Below are positions 1-12,950 of a DNA stretch of 64,000 bases, piece after piece. The DNA is taken from NCBI GenBank assembly GCA_002269645.1, contig NIVC01003683.1:19103-83102 (forward strand), given 5' to 3'. The first letter of the stretch is position 1. The number at the start of each line of letters is the position of its first letter. Made by a program: the position numbers and the translations under genes. The stretch comes from Macrostomum lignano (lineage: Eukaryota). The notes below the pieces were generated by a model. The model did not search any database. It worked only from the letters and a program-made list of their open reading frames with translations, and was not told the DNA's origin.

Positions 1-1
1 G

Positions 2-385
2 GATTGGCTGCTGCTGAGAGACTGCCGTCTGACTGACAAGTTCGGCCGGCCTGGCCTGCTAAGCTCGGACAGTGTCCGACTATTGGATCTGGACGGGAAT
101 CTGTTTAGCGACAACGGTGTCTCATTGTTAATTGATTGCGTCATCAATTGGCGCCAGTTAGATACTCTACGGCTGCGCCGGTGTCAGGTTGCCTTAGCAA
201 CTAAATATAGCAACGCGGCTGCCGTGTCTTCGGCTGCTACTGGCGGATGTTTGGCGGCCAGCCTGGCTCGCCTGCTGCAGCGGCCGGGTAGCAGCCTGCG
301 AGTGTTGGACCTGCGCGAGAACGGCTTGAAGCCGGGAGAGTTTGCCGCGGCGGCCGAGCTTATTGCCACTCTGCTTGTGTCTTGA
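2..385 (+). CDS. 3' end of a leucine-rich-repeat (RNI-like) protein, truncated by the window edge
   Basis: Frame is open from base 2 (DWLLLRDCRLTD...VRLLDLDGNLFSDNGV...LDTLRLRRC...LRVLDLRENGL) with repeated LxxLxLxxN/C motifs; TGA at 383-385, then AT-rich 3' sequence. Confidence 0.7.
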   Translation, partial: DWLLLRDCRLTDKFGRPGLLSSDSVRLLDLDGNLFSDNGVSLLIDCVINWRQLDTLRLRRCQVALATKYSNAAAVSSAATGGCLAASLARLLQRPGSSLRVLDLRENGLKPGEFAAAAELIATLLVS

Positions 386-700
386 TTGATTTATGCATTC
401 TAACTGCGCTACCGCTAGTAGCTATATAAGCATTTTATTATTGCTTTTTTGTCTGCTAAAGTATGAATTTCTTTATCTGATCATAAGTGACAAACCAAGT
501 GAGAATATATTTATATGTAACTACACGCCATTCTCTTAAATGCGCCCATCTACTCTTCTTAGTAGCAAAATAACATATTATTAGAATTTACAAGACTTTG
601 GAAGTTTTTAATGCGGCAACAATCCGCCTTTGGCTCCGACTCCAGACTGTTTTTTAAAAAAACAAATGAATGACTGAAAATTGCAGGAAAATTGGAACCT

Positions 701-1298
701 AAATCCAGTGCGTGTGTGCATAGCGAGCAAGAGAGAAGAGGGGTGGCGCCCAGCCCCCAGACAGGCCGATAAACAGTTTGGCTTTTCTCTTGCCCGCTTG
801 TGTCTGACTCTGACCTCCCTCCTTGCTGCTCTCATTGGTTGAGCCAGATTGGGGCTTCCCCCCAAGGCTGGTTTTGTCTGTCTGACTAACCTCTCTCCTT
901 ACTGCTCTCTAATTGGCTGAGCCAGATTGGGCCTGCTCCCCCTAGGGCTGGTTTTGTCTGCCTGACTTTAACCTCTCTCCTTACTGCTCTCTCATTGGCT
1001 GAGCTAGATTGGGTCTGCCCCCCCCCCAAGGCTGGTTTTGTCTGTCTGACTTTATAACCTCTCCTTACTGCTCTCTCTCATTGGCTGAGCTAGATCGGGC
1101 CTGCCCCTAGGCAGAGTTTCGTACGTATTGCGTTGCATAGGTGCATAATTTTTCCAACGGGATGCTCTCGAGGCCGCACACCCCCGACGTTTGGTCCCAA
1201 ATTTTAACTGCCACATTAAATTTAAGTGACAGTACGCATACAAACTACTGAAAAAAGAGTAGAAGCTTTACTTTTTTGCAAAATTTATCGCGAGTGAC
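701..1298. mobile_element. Dispersed non-autonomous repeat, copy A, with about 80-bp internal subrepeats containing ATTGG/CCAAT
   Basis: Colinear similarity to 45927-46451, from tgcgtgtgcatagcgagcaagagaga through gagtagaagc...gcgagtgac; 3-4 internal ctctcattggctgagccagattggg units. Confidence 0.7.
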
Positions 1299-1856
1299 GG
1301 TTTTTTAGAATTAACAGAAACAATATCTGAAAACACGAACCGATCATCATTCAGAGCATACTTGTCGTTGTGACCCTAAAACGCCTTTCATAGGTCTTAG
1401 ATAACTTATTAATCTTTTGTCGGTAGTTCATCTTCGACGCTGAACACAATAGTATTCAATAAAAGCCATTCTAATCTCTCATTCTCCTTTATCCTAGATT
1501 TTATTATCTAAACAGTTTTCTACGGTTCCTTACCCTGTGTGTCAATTAATTAGTTTTTACTCACTGCATACTCAAGTTATGATTAATGTTAATAGCGGTT
1601 ATTATTGCATTTCTATCTCTCTTTATCTGCTACGCGTTGCATTGGGACAGTTCAGTGTGAACTCAATTTATTGTTTAAATATATCATTTATAATACACCT
1701 ACTGTGTTTAATTTGTCTTCTTTCAACGGTTACTGTTTCTGTTCATATCCTTTTAAATTTTTTATCTTTTTGGGTGTGAACTTATAATGCTATTTTTTAT
1801 AAATCTTTGTCGTTTTGTTCAAGTTTTATTTTCCTAATTCATAGCTGAAAGATTTA

Positions 1857-2830
1857 GCCCTTGAAGGGAGCAGAGGTTAAAGGGGGCAGCAGGGAGAGGT
1901 TAAAGGGGGCAGCAGGGAGAGGTTGAAGGGAGCAGCGGGGAGAGGTTGCAGGGAGCAGCGGGGAGGGGCTGAAGGGAGCAGCAGGGAGAGGTTGCAGGGA
2001 GCAGCGGGGAGGGGCTGAAGGGAGCAGCAGGGAGAGGTTGAAGGGAGCAGCGGGGAGGGGCTGAAGGGAGCAGCGGGGAGAGGTTGCAGGGAGCAGCGGG
2101 GAGGGGCTGAAGGGAGCAGCAGGGAGAGGTTGAAGGGAGCAGCGGGGAGGGGCTGAAGGGAGCAGCGGGGAGAGGTTGCAGGGAGCAGCGGGGAGGGGCT
2201 GAAGGGAGCAGCGGGGAGAGGTTGCAGGGAGCAGCGGGGAGGGGCTGAAGGGAGCAGCGGGGAGAGGTTGCAGGGAGCAGCGGGGAGGGGCTGAAGGGAG
2301 CAGCGGGGAGAGGTTGCAGGGAGCAGCGGGGAGGGGCTGAAGGGAGCAGCAGGGAGAGGTTGAAGGGAGCAGCGGGGAGGGGCTGAAGGGAGCAGCGGGG
2401 AGAGGTTGCAGGGAGCAGCGGGGAGGGGCTGAAGGGAGCAGCGGGGAGAGGTTGCAGGGAGCAGCGGGGAGGGGCTGAAGGGAGCAGCAGGGAGAGGTTG
2501 CAGGGAGCAGCGGGGAGGGGCTGAAGGGAGCAGCAGGGAGAGGTTGCAGGGTGCAGCGGGGAGGGGCTGAAGGGAGCAGCAGGGAGAGGTTGCAGGGAGC
2601 AGCGGGGAGAGGTTGCAGGGAGCAGCGGGGAGGGGCTGAAGGGAGCAGCGGGGAGGGGCTGAAGGGAGCAGCGGGGAGGGGCTGAAGGGAGCAGCAGGGA
2701 GAGGTTGCAGGGAGCAGCGGGGAGGGGCTGAAGGGAGCAGCAGGGAGAGGTTGCAGGGAGCAGCGGGGAGGGGCTGAAGGGAGCAACAGGGAGAGGTTGC
2801 AGAGAGCAGCGGGGAGGGGCTGAAGGGAGT
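1857..2830. repeat. 23-bp G-rich minisatellite (gggagcagcggggagaggttgca / gggagcagcggggaggggctgaa)
   Basis: Period of 23 read directly (e.g. 1951, 1974); explains ORFs 1854..2879 and 1877..2929. Confidence 0.95.
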
Positions 2831-3197
2831 GGAATTTCTTAGCTGTAAAATTGCACATGCGGTACATCCAAGTGTGCAAAGGAAAGAAAGCTGTTTACCT
2901 GTAGCACAGTGCGCAATCTCCCTCCCCAAGTTGGCACTCCCCGCTCAAAGTCCAAATTTATAAAATCGCTTACATATTTTTGCACGCTTTTTGTTAAAAG
3001 CAACAAAAAAGTCTAGCGCACAGCTCCGGAGTGAGGTGTGCTCAACCTACTCAGCTATCTTACCTGACTGTTATCAGGGTGACTAATAGCCTGGCTTGGA
3101 GCCGCCTAGAGGAGCCCCGCGGAGCGCTAAAACTCTTTGATTTGAGTTTCGGGTTGGCGGCAACACAGGTTAAAAAATCGATATTAAGAAGGCCTAG

Positions 3198-4163
3198 AAG
3201 ATAGTTCGAGATCGAACCCAGGAGCTGCTAGCGGCCAGCGAGGAGCATGAGAGGCGGCGGCTGCTGCGGCTGGACCAGATTGCCGAGGATGGTCCGGGCG
3301 ATGAGCTGGAGCTGGTGACCAGGGTCCAGTTCCAGCCAGGGCGGCCTTGGTGGCAGCGGCAGTGGAGACGATGGCGGCCGCTGATGCAGCTGGACTCGTC
3401 GGCGGGCGGTGACGGTCAGCCGCCGCGGCTCGCCGACGTCCCGTCGTCCGCGACAAGCCTGACGCCGGAGCCGCCTGAGGGCGCCTCGGTGGAAGCGGCG
3501 CGCCGACTGCTGACGGCCGCGGCGGAGCTGCAGTCTCAGCTGGACTCGCTGGAGGCGGCGCTGCGGTCAGCTGACGCGGAGAGCAGCGGCGCCGAGCTGA
3601 GCCTGACGGTCGGGCTGGCGCTGACGTCCCGGATCGCCGCGTTCCGCTCGGCGCTGGCCAGATTCGCTGTTGAACCCGCCGAGGTCGACGGCGTCGATTC
3701 GTCAACGTGCCCGACGCTGCGGAGAATCCGGCGACTGCAGGCGGATTCTGCGGAGCGGCGGCTGGTCCGGCTGGAGAGGCGGTTCGCCGGCCTGCTGCTC
3801 AGCCGGGGTGCTCTCGCTGCCGAGTGCCGTGACGCCGACTTCAACGAGGCCGCCGGCGGCCTGTCCGAGCGTCTGTCCGAGCTGCTGACGCTGATGCTGT
3901 CGGTCAGGGCGCTGCTAGCCGCGGACGGCCCGGCGCTGGCCGAGGTTCGCGCCGCGGTGGAGGCCGCCGGCGAACTGTGCGAATCGGCAGCCGACAATCT
4001 CGAATCGGCGGTGATCATCGACTTCCAGCTGGCTGGCCGGTTGAGACGCGCTCGCCTGATAGCCGCCGCCGTGCTGGTTGCCGCCCTGGTTGCCATAGTA
4101 ACGCTGCTAGCTGTGCTGCTGGCTGTGCGGTCGTCTGGCAACGGAGCTCTGACTCCGTACTGA
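3198..4163 (+). CDS. Divergent syntaxin (Qa-SNARE), single coding exon, start codon not present locally
   Basis: Frame is open from 3198 (KIVRDRTQELLAA, matching the syntaxin N-peptide MKDRTQEL). The SNARE motif LSELLTLMLSVRALLAADGPALAEVRAAVEAA aligns without gaps to syntaxin-1 [32 protein letters not shown]. C-terminal TM helix follows basic RLRRAR. Confidence 0.8.
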   Translation, partial: KIVRDRTQELLAASEEHERRRLLRLDQIAEDGPGDELELVTRVQFQPGRPWWQRQWRRWRPLMQLDSSAGGDGQPPRLADVPSSATSLTPEPPEGASVEAARRLLTAAAELQSQLDSLEAALRSADAESSGAELSLTVGLALTSRIAAFRSALARFAVEPAEVDGVDSSTCPTLRRIRRLQADSAERRLVRLERRFAGLLLSRGALAAECRDADFNEAAGGLSERLSELLTLMLSVRALLAADGPALAEVRAAVEAAGELCESAADNLESAVIIDFQLAGRLRRARLIAAAVLVAALVAIVTLLAVLLAVRSSGNGALTPY

Positions 4164-4374
4164 GTGATTGTTGGCTCTCTGTTGCATTTTTCGACATTAC
4201 AAGTACTGTATGCTAAATTAGTGTATCCTCAGCTTGTTCAAGCATCCTTTCACAGAGCTTGCATACTATAAGTAGTATAATTAAGAAGCTGCGTGTATTG
4301 CCTGCGTCGCGTGTCAGAGATTTTCCGAAAATTTCGAGTTCCGAATTCTTTACTACATGTACTTCTTTGTCAGA

Positions 4375-4670
4375 GTGAGATGGGTCACTGGACGGGTCAC
4401 TGGGCGGGTCATTAGATGGGTCACATGGGTGGGGCATTGGATGGGTCACATGGGTGGGGCATTGGATGGGTCACATGGGTGGGGCATTGGATGGGTCACA
4501 TGGGTGGGGCATTGGATGGGTCACATGGGCGGGTCATTGGATGGGTCACATGGGTGGGGCATTGAATGGTTCACAGGGTGGGTTATTGGATATGAGTCAC
4601 TGGGTGGGTCACTGGGTAGGTCACTGGATCGGTCATTAACATGGGTCACTGGATAGGTCATTAGATGGGT
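4375..4670. repeat. 25-bp minisatellite (ggatgggtcacatgggtggggcatt)
   Basis: Period of 25 (4439, 4464); lies between the convergent 3' ends of two genes. Confidence 0.9.
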
Positions 4671-4868
4671 CAAAGAGGAGCAACAAAAAAACCGACAGAC
4701 AAAAAATATTTTTCTGTTAAAAATTTATTAAAATAAAATATTTAAACTACTTTTAATCTATTTTTAGTTTACAAAAACTAGCCTTAATCCCTATGTTAAC
4801 GGAAACTTAAAGTTGTCGGTTCAATTGGTTGGCAACACTTTTAAGAGCTCTGATGCTGAATTGCGAGC

Positions 4869-7478
<2,610 letters not shown>

Positions 7479-7933
7479 CTGCGAAAAACGAATTTTATCA
7501 AAAGCACTTACCGTAAATGGCTAGTCAGTTAACTTTAATCACCTCTTTCATTTCAATAGGCAGAGCTGACTACATGCCATAGACAGGGGCGTCGCCATGG
7601 ATTTTATGGTGGGGGTACAAAGCCAAGAATTCTACATGCACATGTACGCTCGTACATGTTATTTTTAGAATTGGTGTTGCCAGCGCTCGGTGATCATTTT
7701 GGCGCTGCAGGTGCTGTTTTTCGCCCTGAAGCAAAATTACTGATTTCCATAAGGGGACACAAGGTTGGGAAGGGGGACATAGAATTGGCATATGCCGGCC
7801 CCCATATCTTTTACAGAGCAGGGCAGCCAAAGACCCCTCAGTTTGATTTGGGACTCGTCAATCCGGCCCGCTCACGGTTTGTGTCTCTTCTCAGCTCTCA
7901 ATTCCAGCTAAAAGTTTGCCAACGAAGTTTCGC

Positions 7934-8289
7934 CTGAAGGTTGTTGGGCGATTCACCACCGATGAGAGTCAGCCCCCTCAGCAACAGAGTGTACATGTAC
8001 AGGCCTGAAGGTTGTCGGGCGATTCACCACCGATGAGAGTCAGCCCCCTCAGCAACAGAGTGTACATGTACAGGCCTGAAGGTTGTCGGGCGATTCACCA
8101 CCGATGAGAGTCAGCCCCCTCGGCAACAGAGTGTACATGTACAGGCCTGAAGGTTGTCGGGCGATTCACCACCGATGAGAGTCAGCCCCCTCGGCAACAG
8201 AGTGTACATGTACAGGCCTGAAGGTTGTCGGGCGATTCACCACCGATGAGAGTCAGCCCCCTCAGCAACAGAGTGTACATGTACAGGCC
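7934..8289. repeat. 71-bp tandem repeat, 5 near-identical copies
   Basis: ctgaaggttg starts at 7934, 8005, 8076 and onward. Confidence 0.95.
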
Positions 8290-9299
8290 TTACGATTAGA
8301 CAGTTAAATGTCTGATGTACTTTCTGTACACTCCAGCTCTGCTCAGGAGTCAGCGTCAGCGCTTGTTGTGTGAAACTTTTGAAGTCTCATGTACCATCAT
8401 TTGAAAATTTGGAGCTATAAGGATGAGGCATCAGCCAAATGCAGTGTATTCTTATTGAGATTTTTATTGATTCTTAAAGCTCCTTAATTAACGTACGTCA
8501 TTTATCTGTCTTCTGGATCATAAATCATTGGCTGCATTTTGATCACTACATGTACTACATGTACGAGAGCAGACAGACCTTATTACGAACTCCAGGTTCC
8601 ACAAGCACTACTAACAATTCAGTAGTAGAATGCCAACAATTGATTTAGCAAATAATTCAGCCATTTTTAAAACAATTTTCTCAACGAATTTGACACAGAA
8701 TTTATCAAATAGCGCGCATCCCTGTAATTGTGTACTTGTGTGCATATTTATTTATGCATAATAATAAATAGAAATTGCAGAACAATTTAAATTGGCAAGC
8801 TAATGAATGCCAATTATGAATAATACATTAATTAATATTAGCGCAATATGTATACATATGTAATAGATTCCGAGTGTGCTCAGCATATTTATAAAATATG
8901 ATGTACTACTATCAATAGCCTATTCTGTATATAGAGAATTTCCACACCGCCGATATACAGCTGCGTTAGCATATATTTTATGTATATAGAGATTATTCGA
9001 AAGTGCAGAATAGCAGGAAAGACTGCGGCTATATAACAGCCATTAGCGGCAATGGGTGTAGCTGTACTCATAAAAGAAGAAACCTTTGCAAGTTTTGCAA
9101 GAGAAAGGTGATGACCTGTGCCGATCGGCAGTTCAGATGTACAGATTTACAGATTTTTTATACACTGACTTAAAGATTAAATGTGTTCTATTTTAATTAT
9201 AGAACAGATGGCGCAATGCGGAATAACCCTTCAGGCAATCTTAGATAGCTAACTAGTAGATATTCACCTTTCATGTAGCTAATTAGTCAATATTCAGGT

Positions 9300-10710
9300 A
9301 GCTAACTAGCCAATATTCAAGTAGCTAGTTAGCCAATATTCAGGTAGCTAATTAGCCAATATTCAGGTAGCTAATTAGTCAATATTCAGGTAGTTAATTA
9401 TTCAATATTCAGGTAGCTAATTATTCAATATTCAGGTAGCTAATTATTCAATATTCAGGTAGCTAATTATTCAATATTCAGGTAGCTCACTAGTCAATAT
9501 TCAGGTAGCTAATTAGCCAATATTCAGGTAGCTAATTAGTCAATATTCAGGTAGTTAATTATTCAATATTCAGGTAGCTAATTATTCAATATTCAGGTAG
9601 CTAATTATTCAATATTCAGGTAGCTCACTAGTCAATATTCAGGTAGCTAATTATTCAATATTCAGGAAGCTAATTAGCCAATACTCAGGTAGCTAATTAG
9701 CCAATATTCAGGCAGCTAATTAGTCAATATTTAGGTAGCTAATTAGCCAATATTCAGGCAGCTAATTAGTCAATATTTAGGTAGCTAATTAGCCAATATT
9801 CAGGTAGCTAATTAGCCAATATTCAGGTAGCTAATTAGCCAATATTCAGGTAGCTAATTAGCCAATATTCAGGTAGCTAACTAGTCAATATTCAGGTAGC
9901 TAATTATTCAATATTCAGGTAGCTAATTATTCAATATTCAGGTAGCTAATTATTCAATATTCAGGTAGCTCACTAGTCAATATTCAGGTAGCTAATTATT
10001 CAATATTCAGGTAGCTCACTAGTCAATATTCAGGTAGCTAATTAGCCAATATTCAGGTAGCTAATTAGTCAATATTCAGGTAGTTAATTATTCAATATTC
10101 AGGTAGCTAATTATTCAATATTCAGGTAGCTAATTATTCAATATTCAGGTAGCTCACTAGTCAATATTCAGGTAGCTAATTATTCAATATTCAGGAAGCT
10201 AATTAGCCAATACTCAGGTAGCTAATTAGCCAATATTCAGGCAGCTAATTAGTCAATATTTAGGTAGCTAATTAGCCAATATTCAGGCAGCTAATTAGTC
10301 AATATTTAGGTAGCTAATTAGCCAATATTCAGGTAGCTAATTAGCCAATATTCAGGTAGCTAATTAGCCAATATTCAGGTAGCTAATTAGCCAATATTCA
10401 GGTAGCTAACTAGTCAATATTCAGGTAGCTAATTATTCAATATTCAGGTAGCTAATTATTCAATATTCAGGTAGCTAATTATTCAATATTCAGGTAGCTC
10501 ACTAGTCAATATTCAGGTAGCTAATTATTCAATATTCAGGTAGCTAATTATTCAATATTCAGGTAGCTAACTAGTCAATATTCAGGTAGCTAATTATTCA
10601 ATATTCAGGTAGCTAACTAGTTAATATTCAGGTAGCTAATTAGTCAACATTCAGGTAGCTAATTAGTTAATATTCAGGTAGCTAATTAGCCAATACTCAG
10701 GTAGCTAATT
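9300..10710. repeat. 23-bp AT-rich satellite (caatattcaggtagctaattagc) with a 529-bp higher-order duplication
   Basis: Direct reading; the diagnostic variant caggaagc recurs at 9663 and 10192. Confidence 0.95.
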
Positions 10711-10849
10711 ATTTAGTGACATATTTGAAATCAATCAATGGCTAATTATCGCTCAGCCTAGAAGGCAAAGAAGAGGAATTATATAAAACTTATAAATTGG
10801 AACAATGAGAATCAATTACCCCAGCTTAAATGAATTATTTTGCAGAATA

Positions 10850-12694
10850 CTAAACGCCATTCCGCGCGGCTAACAGTGGCTCCGTGTCCATCAGCATCTG
10901 CCGCTTCTGCAACAGTTCCGCAGAGTTCGGCGGCAGTCGCTCAGCCAGCCGAGTCAAATCCATGACAGCTCGCAGGGCTGGCAGCCTGGCAGCCGGCAGC
11001 TCATGCCACAGCTCAGCCAGCAGGGCCTGATAAGCTTGCATTGTGGCGCTGTCCGCCCAGCTGTCCGGCAGGCCCGGCCGCAGTTGACGCTGGCAGACAA
11101 TTTCTTTCATTTCGTCAAAGCTCGGATCGATGCCAACAAATTCGTGATAGGGCAGGCCGTAGGGCCGCGCCGAGCCGGCCTCAGTGACCATGCGGATGCC
11201 GATCTCCCACAGCACCAGGCCCATGCTGTACACGTCAGCAGATTTATACGCCTCAAACTCGTGCCAGTTGAAGCTGTCAGCCAGCAGTTCCGGCGGCATG
11301 TAGCGCTTAGTGCCAACCCGAGCGGACTTGGGCGGCATCTCGGGCGGCGCTTTCTCCCTAGCAACCACGGCCAGGCCGAGATCGGCTATGCAGCAGGTCA
11401 GGTTCTCCTTCACTAGGATGTTCCTGGACTTCACGTCCCTGTGTGCGATGGCCGGCTTGCCGTGCAGGCCGCGAACCTCGGTGTGCAGATAGCAGAGGCC
11501 GGACAGGGCGCCCAGGGCCAGCTGAAGGCCCAGGCGGGCTGGCAGCGGCGGCTCCCGTTGAAGGAAGTCGTGCAGCGAGCCAAGCGGGTGGTACTCGGAG
11601 ATCAGCCAGAACTGGGTGCAGCCCTCCCGGCTGGTAATGTCGCTAGCCCGGAATGTCAGTATACTCTCGTGGCCAAGCGGGAAGCTGGTGTACATCTGGC
11701 ATTCCCGACGGAAGCTGGCCTCATCTCTGGAGCAGAAGATCTTCACGGCCAGACGGCCGCCCATGTACTGGCCGGCCCACACGGAGCCGTAGCGGCCTTG
11801 GCCGACCTGCCGGATCAGCTTGACCTGCTGGGCGACGCTGCGATCGAATAGGAACGGCACTCCCCGACCGCTGCCAGATGACAGGTCGAAACTGGCAGTC
11901 AGGGCGGAGCTGGTCAGCGCGGTGTCGGTCACGCACTGGCTGGATAGCGAGGCCGGCAGTCTGGGATCGGCGGCTGCTGCCACCGCAATTGGCGGCCCGT
12001 ACGACTGCTGCTGGTAGCTGGACGAGGGCGAAACCACCAGAGCGCCGCCGCAGTCAGCCTGGCCGCCGAGGATCCCGATGTTGACGTTGCCTCTGCCGCC
12101 GCCGCCGCCTTTTCTTCGTTGACGACGCCTGAGGAACAGCAGGAATAGCAGCGCTAAACTGACTGCCAGGGCTACGGCCATCGCTGCCACCACGGCTAGC
12201 AGGGCTGCGTGCTCCGGCGTCAGGAAGGCGGCGGCGCCCGGCGATGCAGCCGAAGCGCTCCGGCCAGATGCCTGCCTGGTTGATGCAGCCGATGGCAGCC
12301 TGGCGGTCCTGCCGGCTTGGCCAATCTCGCCAATGTCCAAGCCGCTAGTGAGATTTCTATTGCAGAAGTCCGCATTGCCGCAGCAGAACACGTTTTGAGC
12401 GCCTTCGCCGGCCTGGAGTCGGCGGGCTTTGGATCGGCACTGCATTCTGTCCAGCTCGTGATGGCCCTCGGTTCGGTTGCTGAAGCAGCCCAGCTCGCTG
12501 CTGCCAGCTGTAGGGTGCAGCTTGGCGTAACAGCTGGAGGTCGTGGCGCACTGGCCTGCCGGGCAGTGCCTGGCATCTGGCGGCTGGCAGGCGCACAGGA
12601 TCACCGTGGCGTTGCGGTCGCGCAGTCTGCTGCTGCCGCCGCCTGACATTTCTGGCCCTGGGGAAGCGGACTGCAAGGCAACGGGGGTCGGCAC
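10850..12694 (-). CDS. ACVR1: TGF-beta superfamily type I receptor Ser/Thr kinase, ALK1/ALK2 (Saxophone) class, main exon
   Basis: Cys-rich ectodomain ending CCGNADFCN, TM helix, GS box SSGSGRG, GxGRYG, AVKIF, HRDVKSRN, DLG, GTKRYM. The L45 loop ASDITSREGCTQFW resembles ALK2 ASDMTSRHSSTQLW rather than ALK3 or ALK5. Confidence 0.9.
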   Translation of the reverse strand: MPTPVALQSASPGPEMSGGGSSRLRDRNATVILCACQPPDARHCPAGQCATTSSCYAKLHPTAGSSELGCFSNRTEGHHELDRMQCRSKARRLQAGEGAQNVFCCGNADFCNRNLTSGLDIGEIGQAGRTARLPSAASTRQASGRSASAASPGAAAFLTPEHAALLAVVAAMAVALAVSLALLFLLFLRRRQRRKGGGGGRGNVNIGILGGQADCGGALVVSPSSSYQQQSYGPPIAVAAAADPRLPASLSSQCVTDTALTSSALTASFDLSSGSGRGVPFLFDRSVAQQVKLIRQVGQGRYGSVWAGQYMGGRLAVKIFCSRDEASFRRECQMYTSFPLGHESILTFRASDITSREGCTQFWLISEYHPLGSLHDFLQREPPLPARLGLQLALGALSGLCYLHTEVRGLHGKPAIAHRDVKSRNILVKENLTCCIADLGLAVVAREKAPPEMPPKSARVGTKRYMPPELLADSFNWHEFEAYKSADVYSMGLVLWEIGIRMVTEAGSARPYGLPYHEFVGIDPSFDEMKEIVCQRQLRPGLPDSWADSATMQAYQALLAELWHELPAARLPALRAVMDLTRLAERLPPNSAELLQKRQMLMDTEPLLAARNGV

Positions 12695-12715
12695 GGAGCT
12701 TAAATCTCTAGATTT

Positions 12716-12950
12716 ATCCTCTAATAGGAGGGTATGGGATTATCCTCTAATAGATAAGGGGAAGCGGATTATCCTTTCTAATAGACAGGGGGCAGCGGAT
12801 TATCCTCTAATAGACAAGGGGCAGCGGATTATCCTCTAATAGACAGGGGGCAGCGGATTATCCTCTAATAGACAAGGGAGCAGCGGATTATCCTCTAATA
12901 GACAAGGGAGCAGCGGATTATCCTCTAATAGACAAGGGGAAGCGGATTAT
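12716..12950. repeat. 29-bp minisatellite (ggattatcctctaatagacaaggggcagc) next to the receptor acceptor
   Basis: Period of 29 (12797, 12826). Confidence 0.9.

Noticed and set aside
1854-2929. 341/350-aa Pro/Leu/Ser-rich ORFs
   Set aside because: They are pure translation of the 23-bp array, and no splice context links them to a gene.
11003-12646. Plus-strand ORFs overlapping the receptor (also those opposite the syntaxin, NAT16-like, Bcl-2-like and alpha-kinase genes)
   Set aside because: Antisense shadows of GC-rich coding sequence with no recognisable motifs.
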